Virus record (IMG/VR): IMGVR_UViG_3300032138_000007
Location: 29,245 to 93,244 of that record
DNA: 64,000 bases
Strand: one strand, 5' to 3'
Origin: a virus
Taxonomy: Duplodnaviria; Caudoviricetes
Below the pieces are notes generated by a model. That model ran no database searches, was not told where the DNA came from, and worked only from the letters and a program-made list of their open reading frames with translations. The translations under genes were made by a program, and so were the position numbers. This document shows, in pieces, positions 16,128 to 28,500 of this stretch. Every line of letters begins with the position of its first letter. The first letter of the stretch is position 1.

Positions 16128-19100
16128 TAAAAAATGTTGTAAAAGTTCCATTTCGTAAACTTAAACACATTCACCACATATCGGATATTCAAATCCGAAA
16201 TCTTAAACGACATAGAGAATATGAAGAAGTCTTTAATCGTTTATACGAAAAGGTCAAATTAAACAAAGAGAATGCTGTAGCCTATATCGGCGGTGATATA
16301 GCACACTCAAAAACCGAAATGTCACCTGAGTTGATTGACCAGTTATCAAGGTTATTCAAAAACTTATCTGATATAGTTCCGACAATTATTATTGCAGGAA
16401 ACCATGATTGTAATCTAAACAATCGTTCTCGGATGGATTGTCTTTCCCCAATAGTAGATAATTTAAAACATCCAAACTTACATTATTTAAAGGATACTGG
16501 TGTATATAAATGTGCTGATGTTCAGTTCGTAGTGTGGGATGTTTGGGATACTAAGAAAGATTATATTAAGGCAAAAGATGTAGAGGGAAAGACAAAGATT
16601 GTATTATTTCACGGAACAGTAGATAGGTGTGAAACTGATTTAGGATTCAGATTACCTTCTGATGTGAAGATTACTCAATTCAAAGGTTATGATATGGGAT
16701 TGTTGGGTGATATTCATAAGAGACAGCATTTGAATAAAGAAGAAACTATATCTTATTGTGGTTCATTAGTTCAACAAAATCACGGAGAAGGATTAGACCA
16801 CGGCTATTTACTGTGGGATGTTCCAAAACGAAAATCTACTTATATTCCAGTTCATAATGATTTTGGATATTATACATTAGATGTTGATAATGGTGTAGTT
16901 CCTGAAGTGGATGATATGCCACAAAAGGCCAGGTTAAGAGTGAGGGTATCAAATACCGACTCCGTACAATTAAAGAAGGCCTTGACCATAATACAGACGA
17001 AATACGGTATAAAGGAGATAGCCGTTAATCGTACTGACAGATTGACAGAGAGAGTTCGTGATGGTCAATTAGTAGATGTTGGTGATATTACAAACCCAGA
17101 ATATCAATATGAATTAATTGAAGATTATTTAGGTAGAAACCACATTGTAGATGAGAAAACTCTATTAAAGATAAAAGAGTTAAATGACGATTTAAATGGT
17201 AATTTACCCGCAGAAGAAATATCTCGTAATGTGTTTTGGAAACTTAAACGATTTGAATGGTCAAATATGTTTAGTTATGGTGAAGATAATATTGTGGATT
17301 TTACAAAACTTAATGGTATTATTGGAATGTTTGCACCAAATGCAAGTGGTAAATCAGCATTATTAGATTCCCTTTCATTCTGTTTATTTGATACATCCGC
17401 AAGAGCATTTAAAGCAGACCGAGTATTAAATAATAAGAAGAATAGTTTCAGTTGTAAGATTAATTTTGAGATAAACGAAACAGATTATTATATTGAGAGA
17501 AAAGGTAAAAAATTACGAAATGGTCATGTAAAAGTTAATGTAGAATTTTGGATGATTGATGATAATAATGATAAAGTTTCATTAAATGGTGACCAACGAA
17601 GAACTACAAATGCAAACATTCGTAGAGTAATTGGTTCTTATGATGATTTTGTTTTAACAGCACTTTCTTTACAAAATAATTCTACGGTATTCATAGACAA
17701 GACACAGAAAGAGAGAAAAGATTTATTGGCTCAATTTATGGGTATGGGAGTCTTTGACCAACTTTATACAGCAGCCCACGAGAATGTAGCTGATATATCT
17801 GCAATACTAAGAGATTTTAATAAGACCGATTATGATACAGACCTTGCAGATATAGAAAAAAGTGATACTCAATACAAGGTCGTTCAGAAAGATTTAAGAA
17901 GTCAAAAGAAAACTTTAACTAATAGAAAGAAAGAGTTATCAGATCAAGTATTTGGTTTAACTAAAAAGTTACGACCAGTTGATGAGTCTATTATGGATAT
18001 TGATAAGTTAAAGGGTGATAAAGATGAATTTGAAACTCAACTTGATTCCATAGACACACGATTAGGGTCTGTAGTAGCAATAACAGAAGAAAATAAAACT
18101 AAAATTACTGAACTTAAAAATAGAATACAAGAATATTCTGATAGAAATGTTAATGATAAATACCACGAACTTTCTGAATTAGAAGATAAGAAAAAAGAGA
18201 TAAGAGTTGAAATTGATAAACTGAAAATTGAAGTTCGTAACAAATTAGATAAGATTGAGAAACTTGGTAATTTAACTTGGAATGACGATTGTGATGATTG
18301 TATGACCAATCCATTTACACTTGATGCGATGGAAACAAAAGAGAAATTAAGTGAAGATAAAATTCGTACTGGAAAGATAATAGCGAAGTTAGATGAGATA
18401 GATGAAAAGATTAATCAAATGGGTGATGTTCATAGTGAAAAGATTGATTTTGATAGGTCTATTGAAACTTTAAAAACCGTTGAGATAAATCAGAATAAGT
18501 TAGAATCAGAAGAAATTTTATTATCAGAAAGAAAGAAAAATACACTTCATCAGATTTCACTTACTGTAGAAAAAATAGAAAAATATCATGAAAGTAAAAA
18601 TGATATTGTCTATAATAAACAAATAGAAGAAGAAATAGAAACTTTAAGAAATTCAGTAGATGATTTAGATTACCAAGTAGATATAATAGATAAAAAGATA
18701 CAAACTATTCATGGTGAAATTCAAATCAATAGAACTAATAAGAAAAATATTATAGAAACCATGAACAAGGTTGAGAATTTAGAAACCGAATATGAAGCCT
18801 ACAATTTTTATATGGACGCTGTTAAACGAGATGGTATTCCATATGAACTTATAGAAAAGGCATTACCTACGATTGAGGGTGAGGTCAATGATATTCTTGC
18901 ACAAATGGTAGATTTTGGTATTGTGTTGGAAATGGATGGTAAGAATATCAATACATATTTAGCTTATGATGACGATAATGTGTGGCCGTTAGAATTGTCA
19001 AGTGGTATGGAACGATTTATATCTTCTCTTGCAATGAGAGTTGGTTTAATTAATGTTTGTAATTTACCACGAGCTAATTTCTTAGCTATTGATGAAGGAT

Positions 19101-19285
19101 TTGGTAATATGGATTCAGATAACCTTAATTCTGTTTATATGTTATTTCAATATCTTAAAAATCAATTCCAATTCGCATTTATTGTATCTCATATTGAATC
19201 CATGAGAGATACAGTTGATTCACTTCTTGAAATTACTAAAGAAAAAGGTTTTAGTCAATTAAAATTACCTTCTAAGTTTAGTTAG
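16124..19285 (+). CDS. Fused SbcD/Mre11 nuclease - SbcC/Rad50 ATPase
   Basis: Phosphoesterase motifs SDIQ, GGDIAH, GNHD, FHG, GDIH; Walker A APNASGKS; coiled coil with CDDC hook; LSSGME; FLAIDEGFG; IVSH. Confidence 0.92.
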   Translation: MIKNVVKVPFRKLKHIHHISDIQIRNLKRHREYEEVFNRLYEKVKLNKENAVAYIGGDIAHSKTEMSPELIDQLSRLFKNLSDIVPTIIIAGNHDCNLNNRSRMDCLSPIVDNLKHPNLHYLKDTGVYKCADVQFVVWDVWDTKKDYIKAKDVEGKTKIVLFHGTVDRCETDLGFRLPSDVKITQFKGYDMGLLGDIHKRQHLNKEETISYCGSLVQQNHGEGLDHGYLLWDVPKRKSTYIPVHNDFGYYTLDVDNGVVPEVDDMPQKARLRVRVSNTDSVQLKKALTIIQTKYGIKEIAVNRTDRLTERVRDGQLVDVGDITNPEYQYELIEDYLGRNHIVDEKTLLKIKELNDDLNGNLPAEEISRNVFWKLKRFEWSNMFSYGEDNIVDFTKLNGIIGMFAPNASGKSALLDSLSFCLFDTSARAFKADRVLNNKKNSFSCKINFEINETDYYIERKGKKLRNGHVKVNVEFWMIDDNNDKVSLNGDQRRTTNANIRRVIGSYDDFVLTALSLQNNSTVFIDKTQKERKDLLAQFMGMGVFDQLYTAAHENVADISAILRDFNKTDYDTDLADIEKSDTQYKVVQKDLRSQKKTLTNRKKELSDQVFGLTKKLRPVDESIMDIDKLKGDKDEFETQLDSIDTRLGSVVAITEENKTKITELKNRIQEYSDRNVNDKYHELSELEDKKKEIRVEIDKLKIEVRNKLDKIEKLGNLTWNDDCDDCMTNPFTLDAMETKEKLSEDKIRTGKIIAKLDEIDEKINQMGDVHSEKIDFDRSIETLKTVEINQNKLESEEILLSERKKNTLHQISLTVEKIEKYHESKNDIVYNKQIEEEIETLRNSVDDLDYQVDIIDKKIQTIHGEIQINRTNKKNIIETMNKVENLETEYEAYNFYMDAVKRDGIPYELIEKALPTIEGEVNDILAQMVDFGIVLEMDGKNINTYLAYDDDNVWPLELSSGMERFISSLAMRVGLINVCNLPRANFLAIDEGFGNMDSDNLNSVYMLFQYLKNQFQFAFIVSHIESMRDTVDSLLEITKEKGFSQLKLPSKFS

Positions 19286-19448
19286 AATGTAAAATATTCT
19301 TTGGAGCGGGACGTCCTTCTCGTTCTCTTTTCAAACTTAAAATATGTTGATTAAGTATAGCACTCATAGTTGTGCTCTCTTCTCTAACATAGAGCCTAAA
19401 CCAATCCATCAGTCTATCTTCTATTGTGAATGAATATTTCTTCTTCAT
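19278..19448 (-). CDS. Ribbon-helix-helix DNA-binding protein, 56 aa (not in ORF track)
   Basis: MKKKYSFTIEDRLMDWFRLYVREESTTMSAILNQHILSLK...; strand-helix-turn(S)-helix pattern of CopG/Arc; AAGGA upstream. Confidence 0.7.
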   Translation of the reverse strand: MKKKYSFTIEDRLMDWFRLYVREESTTMSAILNQHILSLKREREGRPAPKNILHSN

Positions 19449-19484
19449 ACCGATATTATCCTTATTTTATACATACTGTTTAAT

Positions 19485-19492
19485 ATAAATAT
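19485..19492 (-). promoter_or_regulatory. ATATTTAT motif on the minus strand, upstream of the RHH gene
   Basis: ataaatat on + strand; orientation flips with gene direction. Confidence 0.6.
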
Positions 19493-19503
19493 TAATCTTT
19501 CTA

Positions 19504-19511
19504 ATATTTAT
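19504..19511 (+). promoter_or_regulatory. ATATTTAT motif upstream of the giant fibre gene
   Basis: Back-to-back with the minus-strand copy. Confidence 0.6.
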
Positions 19512-19541
19512 TAAAGAATAAATCTATTCGGGAGAAATTAC

Positions 19542-22500
19542 TTGGCAGTTCCAAAGCGAGAAGCTGAATTCTTAGGACTTAGAAATCTTGATGTTTTTAA
19601 AGAAGATACTACATTTGATTCAACGTATTTTCGTGTCTTAGAGTGCCCACCCATATTAACACAAGGTAAGAGTAGTTTTTTAATTGGCGGTTCAAATAGA
19701 CTTAAATCTGGTATTGATATTAAAATGGAATTAATTAAAGATGATTCTGATGAAATATTATATCTACAACCAGTTCTTGGACATTTAGAAGGTGACTTAC
19801 GAAGAGTTTCAATAGAAGTTTATGAAGATGTAAAACCTGGACCATATACTTTATATATCGTTGGAGAAATAGATTCTACAGTTGAAAATGTTCCACCAGA
19901 ATGGCAAGGAGCTTATAATGTAAGGTGGTCTAAACAAATTACAGTAAATGGAATGGGAACTAATATTCAGCCCATTTATTTTTATAAACAACCAAGTATA
20001 TCCGTTTCAGAAATATTTACTGGATTTGTAGAAATCCCAAGTAGTTCAGCAACTCCTATTTATTTAACAGGTAGTGGTGAACCACGACAAGGATTATCAT
20101 CTATTCCTCCAGTTGAGAATGTAACCGTAGGTGGATCAGGTGTATCTACTTATCCAACCTTAGATTTTGCTAACAAAGCAAAATTATCTATTATAGAAGA
20201 AAATAAACCTTTAGTTAAACTTAGTGGAAAACATGGACTTATTGGGGCACAAGGTCAACAAGTCCAAACAATGTCGCCAGTTCCGAATGATTTTGTAATA
20301 ACTGTTAGTGGAGACTCTTCAGTAAATAGTTTATATGTCGGACATGACATAACAATTAATAATCCACAAGTAGATACATCAAAATTTACTTTACAATCAT
20401 ATCATTCAGTTCCAACGGTTTATAGTTCATCTGTAATGAAAGTATTGAATAATACTTCTTTTGTTCCAAAGGATGTTTTTTATGTTTATGATAATAGAAC
20501 TTCACCACCTACACTTGAACCTGCACCACTTGATAGTACGTATCCTATTTCTGCAAGTTATTTAACTCTCCCTACACAAACCACATCATCAATAAATTTA
20601 TTATCATTTGGTGATATACAGATATCAGATTTAAAAACATTTAGTGGAGATGTCCATAAGATAAAAATTTATGCAAAAAGTGAAGGTTCTCTTGGAGACT
20701 TTCAATTAATATATGATGCACCAGTAGAAAGTTATCAGGTATTACAGGATAAGAGTGAAGATACTTTATTAAATAATATGGGGTATTTTTTAGATACGAG
20801 TAGATTACAGAATTATTGGGAAATGTATCAGGGGGAAGATGGTGGAGAATCTACTACTTTAAATTATGATGCAACATATATAAATGACTCAATGAAAATC
20901 TCTGGTTCTAATAAAGAATATGGAGATACGTTAAGAGTTCAAAATAAAACAGCAGTAGATTTTATAGCAGGAAATTTATATAGTTTTAAGGCAAAAGTAT
21001 ATGGTATAAGTAAAGCCAAAAAAGATATTGATGGGAATATTATATCTGCCGCTTCACTTGAGGTTTTAGCCAAAGGAGATGCATTTGAAAAGGTAGAAAC
21101 TACTTCAACTAATTGGGGAGATGTAAAACTTAGTGTTCCAGATTTCCCTACTGGAGCAAATCAATATGATTTTGGTATAGTAGAAGGTAGTTTTTTAGCT
21201 GATAATACAGCAACAGGGTATCTTCAATTCAAAGTTGATTCTGGTGAATGGTATGTTTCTGATATATCATTAAAGGCTGCAACTGATACTGCTTTTAATC
21301 CAGATTATGTTAGATTAAAAGCTCCAGTGCCACCACTATTACAACGACCAGATAGAGTAAGATTTTTAGTAGAGTTCTATGATGTAAATAATAATATAGC
21401 AGATTCAGTAGTATTTACTGAACCATTTGACTTTCAAGGGGCCAATATAAATATAGGTGGAACTGATAATATATTAAGTGGTTCTATGTTTATTGGAAAT
21501 GCACTTGCCGCCGGTATTGAAATGGCAGGTGTAAGTTCAGCATTTGTTCGTTCTATGGGATATCACGGATTTTCAAGTGGAAGTGGAAAAGGTAATAATG
21601 CAGGAGATGGAACATATTCTGGATTTTTAATGTGGAGTGGTTCTGTTTTAACAGATAGTGGAGATGATTATAAAGGTGTTGGATTAGAGTTAGTTGGTCA
21701 TAGTGAAAGTTATTTTAGGTTTAGAACTGATCCAAGTGAACTTGATATTAGGGCAGATTCATTCTTTGTTGGAAGTGAAAATTCTCAATATATAAGTGGT
21801 AGTGGTAGTCAGATAGAAATAAGTTCATCTAACTTCCATGTATCGTCAAGTGGTGATGTTTCTATGACAGGAACAATTACTGCAGATGCTGGTAACATTG
21901 GTGATTGGAAAATTATAGATGGTAAGTTAAGTGGTTCTAATGCAACATTGGATGCTGTAGGTGCAGCATTGTATCATACTACATTGGGACCAGGTTCGGA
22001 TACATCAGCAGCATTTGATCAACTTAGGAATGAGTATTATATAGACTTTACACCAAGTGAAGGTGAGACAGCAACTGCCGGAAAATATTATGTTAAATTC
22101 GGCCCAAATTTTTCTGTAAGTGAAAGTGGAGTATTATTTGCAAGTGGGGCAGTGTTTGAGGGAACTATAACTGCTTCTGCAGGTAGTATCGGTGGGGCAA
22201 GTATAGAAAGTAGGTCTTTGGCTTATTCACCATTTTGGAGAATATCTTCTTCAGCAGACCAAACAGATCCAGCATCGTTTATATCATCAAGTGCTTTTAA
22301 AGTTTCTGCTGGTGGTAATATAACTGGTTCGGAGGTATTATTTACTGGTGGAACAATTGGTGGGTTTAGTATTAATGAAACACAACTATATTCAGGAACC
22401 GATATACTTTTAGATAGTAATAATAAAAGATTATCACTTGCAGATGGAAGTGTATTTCTCGATGGTGATTTGAGTGATGGAACAATATATGTTGGACGAA

Positions 22501-25500
22501 GTGTTACTGCAAACCTTTCAACACCAAGTGGTTTTGGTGCAAGATTTAAAGGAAATGGTAATTTTATTCTTGTTAGTGGTTCTGGTCAATATATTAGAAG
22601 TGTTGGTGATGGATTAGAATTTGTATCCCAAAATGTTAATATAAGTGGTAGTTCTGTAAAGATATATACTCCAGAATTTTTCTTAGGTGGTAGTGGACAA
22701 TATATAAGTGGTTCAAATAGTAATATAGAAATAAGTTCTTCGAAGTTTTATGTAGATACAGATGGTAATGTAACTGGTTCAGATGTAAGATTTACTGGTG
22801 GAAGAATTGCTGGGTGGGTTATTAGTGGTAATAAACTTCTAAGTGCCAATAATAGTATGAGAATAAATGGTCATACATCTACACCGAAGATAACAGTACA
22901 TTCTCATACTTTTGAAAATGAAGGAGTACAATTAGGTTATAATAGTAGTGGTAAAATAGGATTTTATGCAGGTGATGGTGCTAATGATTATATACATTAT
23001 CACGAGGATGATGGTTTAGATATAAAAACAGCCGTTTTCAAACTTGATACTGCACAATTTGATATAGACAGTTCAACTGCTAGTGGTAAGTTGTCTATGG
23101 GTTCAACACCACCAAGTGCTTATAATAGTGGAACTGGTATCTATATGGATGGAACTGGTAAACTTTTAATTGGTGCACATAATGGTGATAGAATACAATT
23201 TGATGGAACTAATTTTACAGTTCAAGTTGGTTCATTAGAATTAGATGCAAATAACATTGAGATAAGTTCTACAAATGCAAGTATGTCATTGGGTGAGGGT
23301 AATATTTTACTTGATGGGGCAAATAGTAGAGTTAAAGTTGGTTCATCGGCCACTAAACAGATTACTTTACAAGGTCACGCAGATTATGGATATATAGCAA
23401 CAGGTAAAACATCTGCAACATCAACAACTGCTGGATTTTGGTTAGCAAATAACGATACAGATCCAGAATTTGCAGTTGGTGATGCAACAAATTATATAAA
23501 ATTTGATGGTGGTGATTTAGATATAGCTTCTGAGAAACTTGAAATTTCTGCTTCTACATTCCAAGTATCTACAGCACAAGCATCTATGAGTCTTGGACAC
23601 AATTCTACATATCCATTGGGTAGGTTGATGATGGAAGGACTCGGAACACCTACTTTTAAGATGGGACCTGATGTTGACGTTATCAGTATGACTACTGGTA
23701 GTGGTATTTATATGGATGGAGATGGTAATTTTAAATTTGGTGATAATGATGGACAAGTAAAATTTCAAAATGGCTCATTTAGTATTACTGGTTCAGATGT
23801 AGCTATACAAGTTACTGATATAAATGTTAAAGCTAATGGTTTTGAATTATCTTCACAACAGGCTTCTATGTCATTGGGGACGAATCAACAATGGAAAGCA
23901 TATGGTGGAAGTGCAAATCCATACATGAGTATTGGTATGGGTGGAAGTGGAAGTTACGGTAGTGATGGACTATGGTTAGCGTATAATGATACAATCGGAA
24001 AACCAAGAGTTTCGTTTGTTGGTTCAACTGGACATTTTAAATTTACAGGAACAGATTTAGATGTAAAAACAGGAACATTAGCATTAGCCGCATCTAATAT
24101 ACAACTTTCATCTGCACAAGCATCTATGAGTTTAGGTGGTGTACCAGGAGCGGCCGCTAATATATTATTGGATGGTGGAAATTCTAAGATAGAAGTTGGT
24201 TCGGCGAATAAAGTTACAATACAGGGTGGAACGACAGACAATTATATGGTTATGGGAAGTAAAACTTCTTTTACTCATTTCGACCAGTCTACTCAGGGTA
24301 TCATTATTGGAATGGATTCAACAGTTCCTAAGATTGAAATAACAAAAAATTCTGCTAATTATTTATCATTTGATGGAACTAATTTTGATATAAAACTTTC
24401 TCAGGGATTTGAATTAGATGCAACTAATATAGAAATTTCATCAACTAATGCATCTATGAGTTTGGGTGGTTCAAATGACATTATTCTCGATGGAGCGAAT
24501 AATAAAATTACGGTTGGTTCTGGAAATTCAATAACTATACAAGGTGGAGCCGCCGATAACTATATGGTTATGGGAAGTAAGAGTAGTTTCACACACGAGG
24601 GAAGTGGAACTGCTGGTATTATTATTGGTATGGATGCAACCAATCCACAGGCAGAATTCGTCAAAAGTTCTACTGATTATTTTATTTTTGATGGTGGAAG
24701 TGGTGTAGATATAAAGACTACAAATTTTAATTTAGATGCCAATACAGGAGATTTACAAATATCTTCGACACACAAATCAATGAGTCTTGGAGATGGTAAG
24801 GTTAAGTTACAAGGAGCATCATCTCCATATATGGTATTAAATTCTGGTAGTAATGCGATTACATTAAAAACTGATGGTACGGATTCATTTATGGTTATGG
24901 GAAGTAAAACTGATTTTGATGAATATGATAAATCTACGGTTGGTATTATTCTTGGAATGGACACCGCTGTTCCAAAGTTTGAAATGGCAAAAAGTGGAGA
25001 TGATTATTTAAGGTGGGATAGCACAGATGGTCTTGATTTAAGAACTACAAAAATGGAAGTAAGTGCTTCTAATGTTCAAATATCATCTACACAAGCAAGT
25101 ATGAGTATTGGTGATCCAACTTCAACTGGAGGAGCAATAGTTCTTCAATCTCAAGGAACGGATAAGATGTTGAAGTTTGGTAATAAAGCAACCTTTGACC
25201 AAGATGCAATAGCCGGTTTGATAATGGGTATAAATGGAGATACATCTAACGCTCCTGAATTTGATTATACAGTTGGAACTGGCAACGACCAATATGTTAG
25301 AATGTTAACATCTGGTATTTTTATGAAAGTTCCAAACTTCAAACTTGATACTGCATTATTAGATATAGATTCAGCGACAAGTAGAATTGACATTTATGAT
25401 AATAGTGGTGGAGTTGATGGAAGTGATTTAAGAGTTAGAATTGGTGAAATTGATCCTACTGCTGGAAATCAATATGGTTTAGTTGTTTATGATGGAACTG

Positions 25501-28500
25501 GAAGTGGTTCAGCAGATGAGATAGCTCATTTTGGTAGTGATTATAATAAAATAGCAAGTTGGTCTATAAGTCCTACTCAAATTTCAAGTGAAAATCTTAT
25601 ATTAGATTCGGGTGGAACTATGCAAACATCAGATTTTGCAAGTGGTGTTCAGGGTTGGAGAATAACTTCTGCTAATAATGGTGAAGCAGAATTTGAAAAG
25701 GTTACGATTAGGGGAACATTATCAACTACGGTATTCGAAAAAGAATCTGTAAATGCTGTTGGTGGTCAATTATATGTAGCAAATTCAACTATTTATACTG
25801 GTTCTGCACAAATTTCAGCAACAGAAACAACTATGAGTGTAGCAAATGTAGGTGGATTTGCCGCTGGAGAAATATTATCTGCAAAGAAAGTTTCTGATAC
25901 TGGTTTTCAAACGGAATATCTCTATGTTCAAAGTGCTTCAAGGGATGTTCCATCAAGTGATAAGAACTTTATGGGTAAATTATATGTAGTTCGTGGATAT
26001 AGTGGTTCATTACCAGGAACACATGATACTGGTTCACTTGGAGATTCTGCACAATCTGCACAATCATATGAAAATGGTCAAGTAATTGTATCTACTGGTA
26101 AAGTTGGAACTGGATATGTAAGAATAAATGCAAATCCAAATGATTCCACAACACCTTATATTGATATTGTTGAAAGAACTGGTTCTGCAATTTATGATAT
26201 TTCATTAAAGGCAAGACTTGGTGATTTAAGTGGATTGTCAAGTGGATTACTTTATGGTAATTCAAGTCCTGGTTTTGGATTATTTACAGAGAATGTATTT
26301 TTACAAGGTGGTATAACTGCTACAACTGGTTCATTTACTGGTAAAGTTCATATTAGAACGGATGCCTCAAATCAAATAATAATGGGAACTGATGTTGATG
26401 GTGGAACTAATGATGGATTTTATTTAAACGCTAACAATTATTGGTATACTAATGATAAATTTAGAATTGGTGATACAAATTATTATTTAAAATGGGATAG
26501 TTCTAATATAGAAATTGTTCCACAAAAATTTGAATTAAATGCAGGTAGTGGTGATATACAAATTTCATCAACTCAAAAATCTATGTCGTTAGGTAATGGT
26601 GATATACATTTTCATTCTCCAAATTCAACTACATCTTATATGAGACTTGGTTCGAATACATCCAAGGCAATTTATATTACTGGTTCATCTACTGAGGGTG
26701 TAATTCGAAGTGGTAAAACATCTGTAACTTCAAATACTGCAGGATTTTGGTTAGCAAATACTGATGGTGATCAAGAATTTGTTGTTGGTGATGCAACAGA
26801 TTATATTAGATATAGTGGAAGTGCCGTAGATGTTCAAACACGGGCATTTGAATTAGATGCAAATAATGGAGATTTACAAATTTCTTCTACTCAAAGGTCT
26901 ATGAGTTTAAATGATGGTAAAATTGTTTTATCGGGTTCCACAGCACCGTTTATACAAATTGGAAATAGTGCTAATTATTCTATAAAACTCCAGACAGATG
27001 GTACAGACCAATTTATGACTATGGGAAGTAAAACAAGTTTTACACATGAGGGAAGTGGAACTGGTGGTATTCTTATTGGAATGGATAATGATAATCCACA
27101 AGCAGAATTCGTATCTGATGATTTACAAACTTATTTTATCTTCGATGGAGATTCTGGTTTAGATGTTAAAACAACTGCATTTGAATTAGCAGCCAATACA
27201 GATGACTTACAAATATCTTCTACTCAAAAATCCATGTCGTTGGCAAGTGGTAAGGTTTTACTTGACGGTGGTGGGAATTATGGATATATACGAGTTGGTG
27301 GTAGTGTATCTTTAGCTGGTGCCATTCATATTAGTGGTTCAACAGCTACAAGTATAATAAGAGCGGGTAAAAGTTCATATAGTGATACGACAAATGCTGG
27401 ATTTGTATTAGAAAAAACTGCAACAGATTCAAAATTTTATGTAGGTGATACAAGTGATGGTAGTTTTATAAAATTCGATAGTGATACTGGAATTGAAATA
27501 GGAACACAGAAATTTGAATTGGCAGCTAATACAGATGATTTACAAATTTCTTCTACTCAAAAATCTATGTCGTTAGCGGGTGGTAATGTATTATTAGATG
27601 GTTCACAAACTGCTGGATATATAAGAGTTGGTTCAAATGCAACTACTCGTGATAATATTCAATTAAGTGGTTCTAATACATTAGCAGTAATTAAAGCTGG
27701 TGTTAGTGGTTCATATGCAGATGCAGTGTCGAGTGGAGATAATGGATTTATATTAGAAAGAAATCTAACTTCAACGAAGTTTCATCTTGGTAATGCAACA
27801 GAATACATAAGATTCGATGGAAGTGATATAGATATATCAGCAGATTCATTAAGTATAACTGCTTCTAATGTTAATATTACTGCAGCAGACGGTATGGAAG
27901 TAGATGCACCTGATTTTGAGATAAGTACTGCACATAAGTCAATGAGTTTGGGTTATACTACAAATACTGCATATGGTGTTACTATGGTTGGGGCAGGTAA
28001 TTCTTATATATCTTTTGGACCAAAGACAAGTCCAAATTTCCAATTATATTCTGCTGGAGCAACTGAAAATTATTTAAAAATAGGAAGTCAAACCTTTGGT
28101 GGTACTCAAGGTGGTATTATACTTGGAGAGGCAAGTAGTGGAGTTTATAAATTTGAAATTTATAAAGACGCCGATGAGTATTTTAGATTTGCAACTGATG
28201 GTGGTGGGTTAGATATACGAACTCTTAGTATGAGTTTGGAAACTCCAGGATTAAAAATACATGGATATGAAACATTAGGAGCATCAAATTATATAGCACT
28301 TGGAAGTGCAACATCGGCAACGGCTGGTGAAGGATATTGGGCTGACGGTGGTGGTAGTTTTAGAGTTGGAACAGCAACAAGTGGAGTTGCAAGTCCATCA
28401 TATATGTATTTCAATTCTGGTGATGATAGTTTAACAGTTAAAACTGATACATTAATACTTGATACAGCCAAGATAGATATTGATTCACGACATGGTGGAA

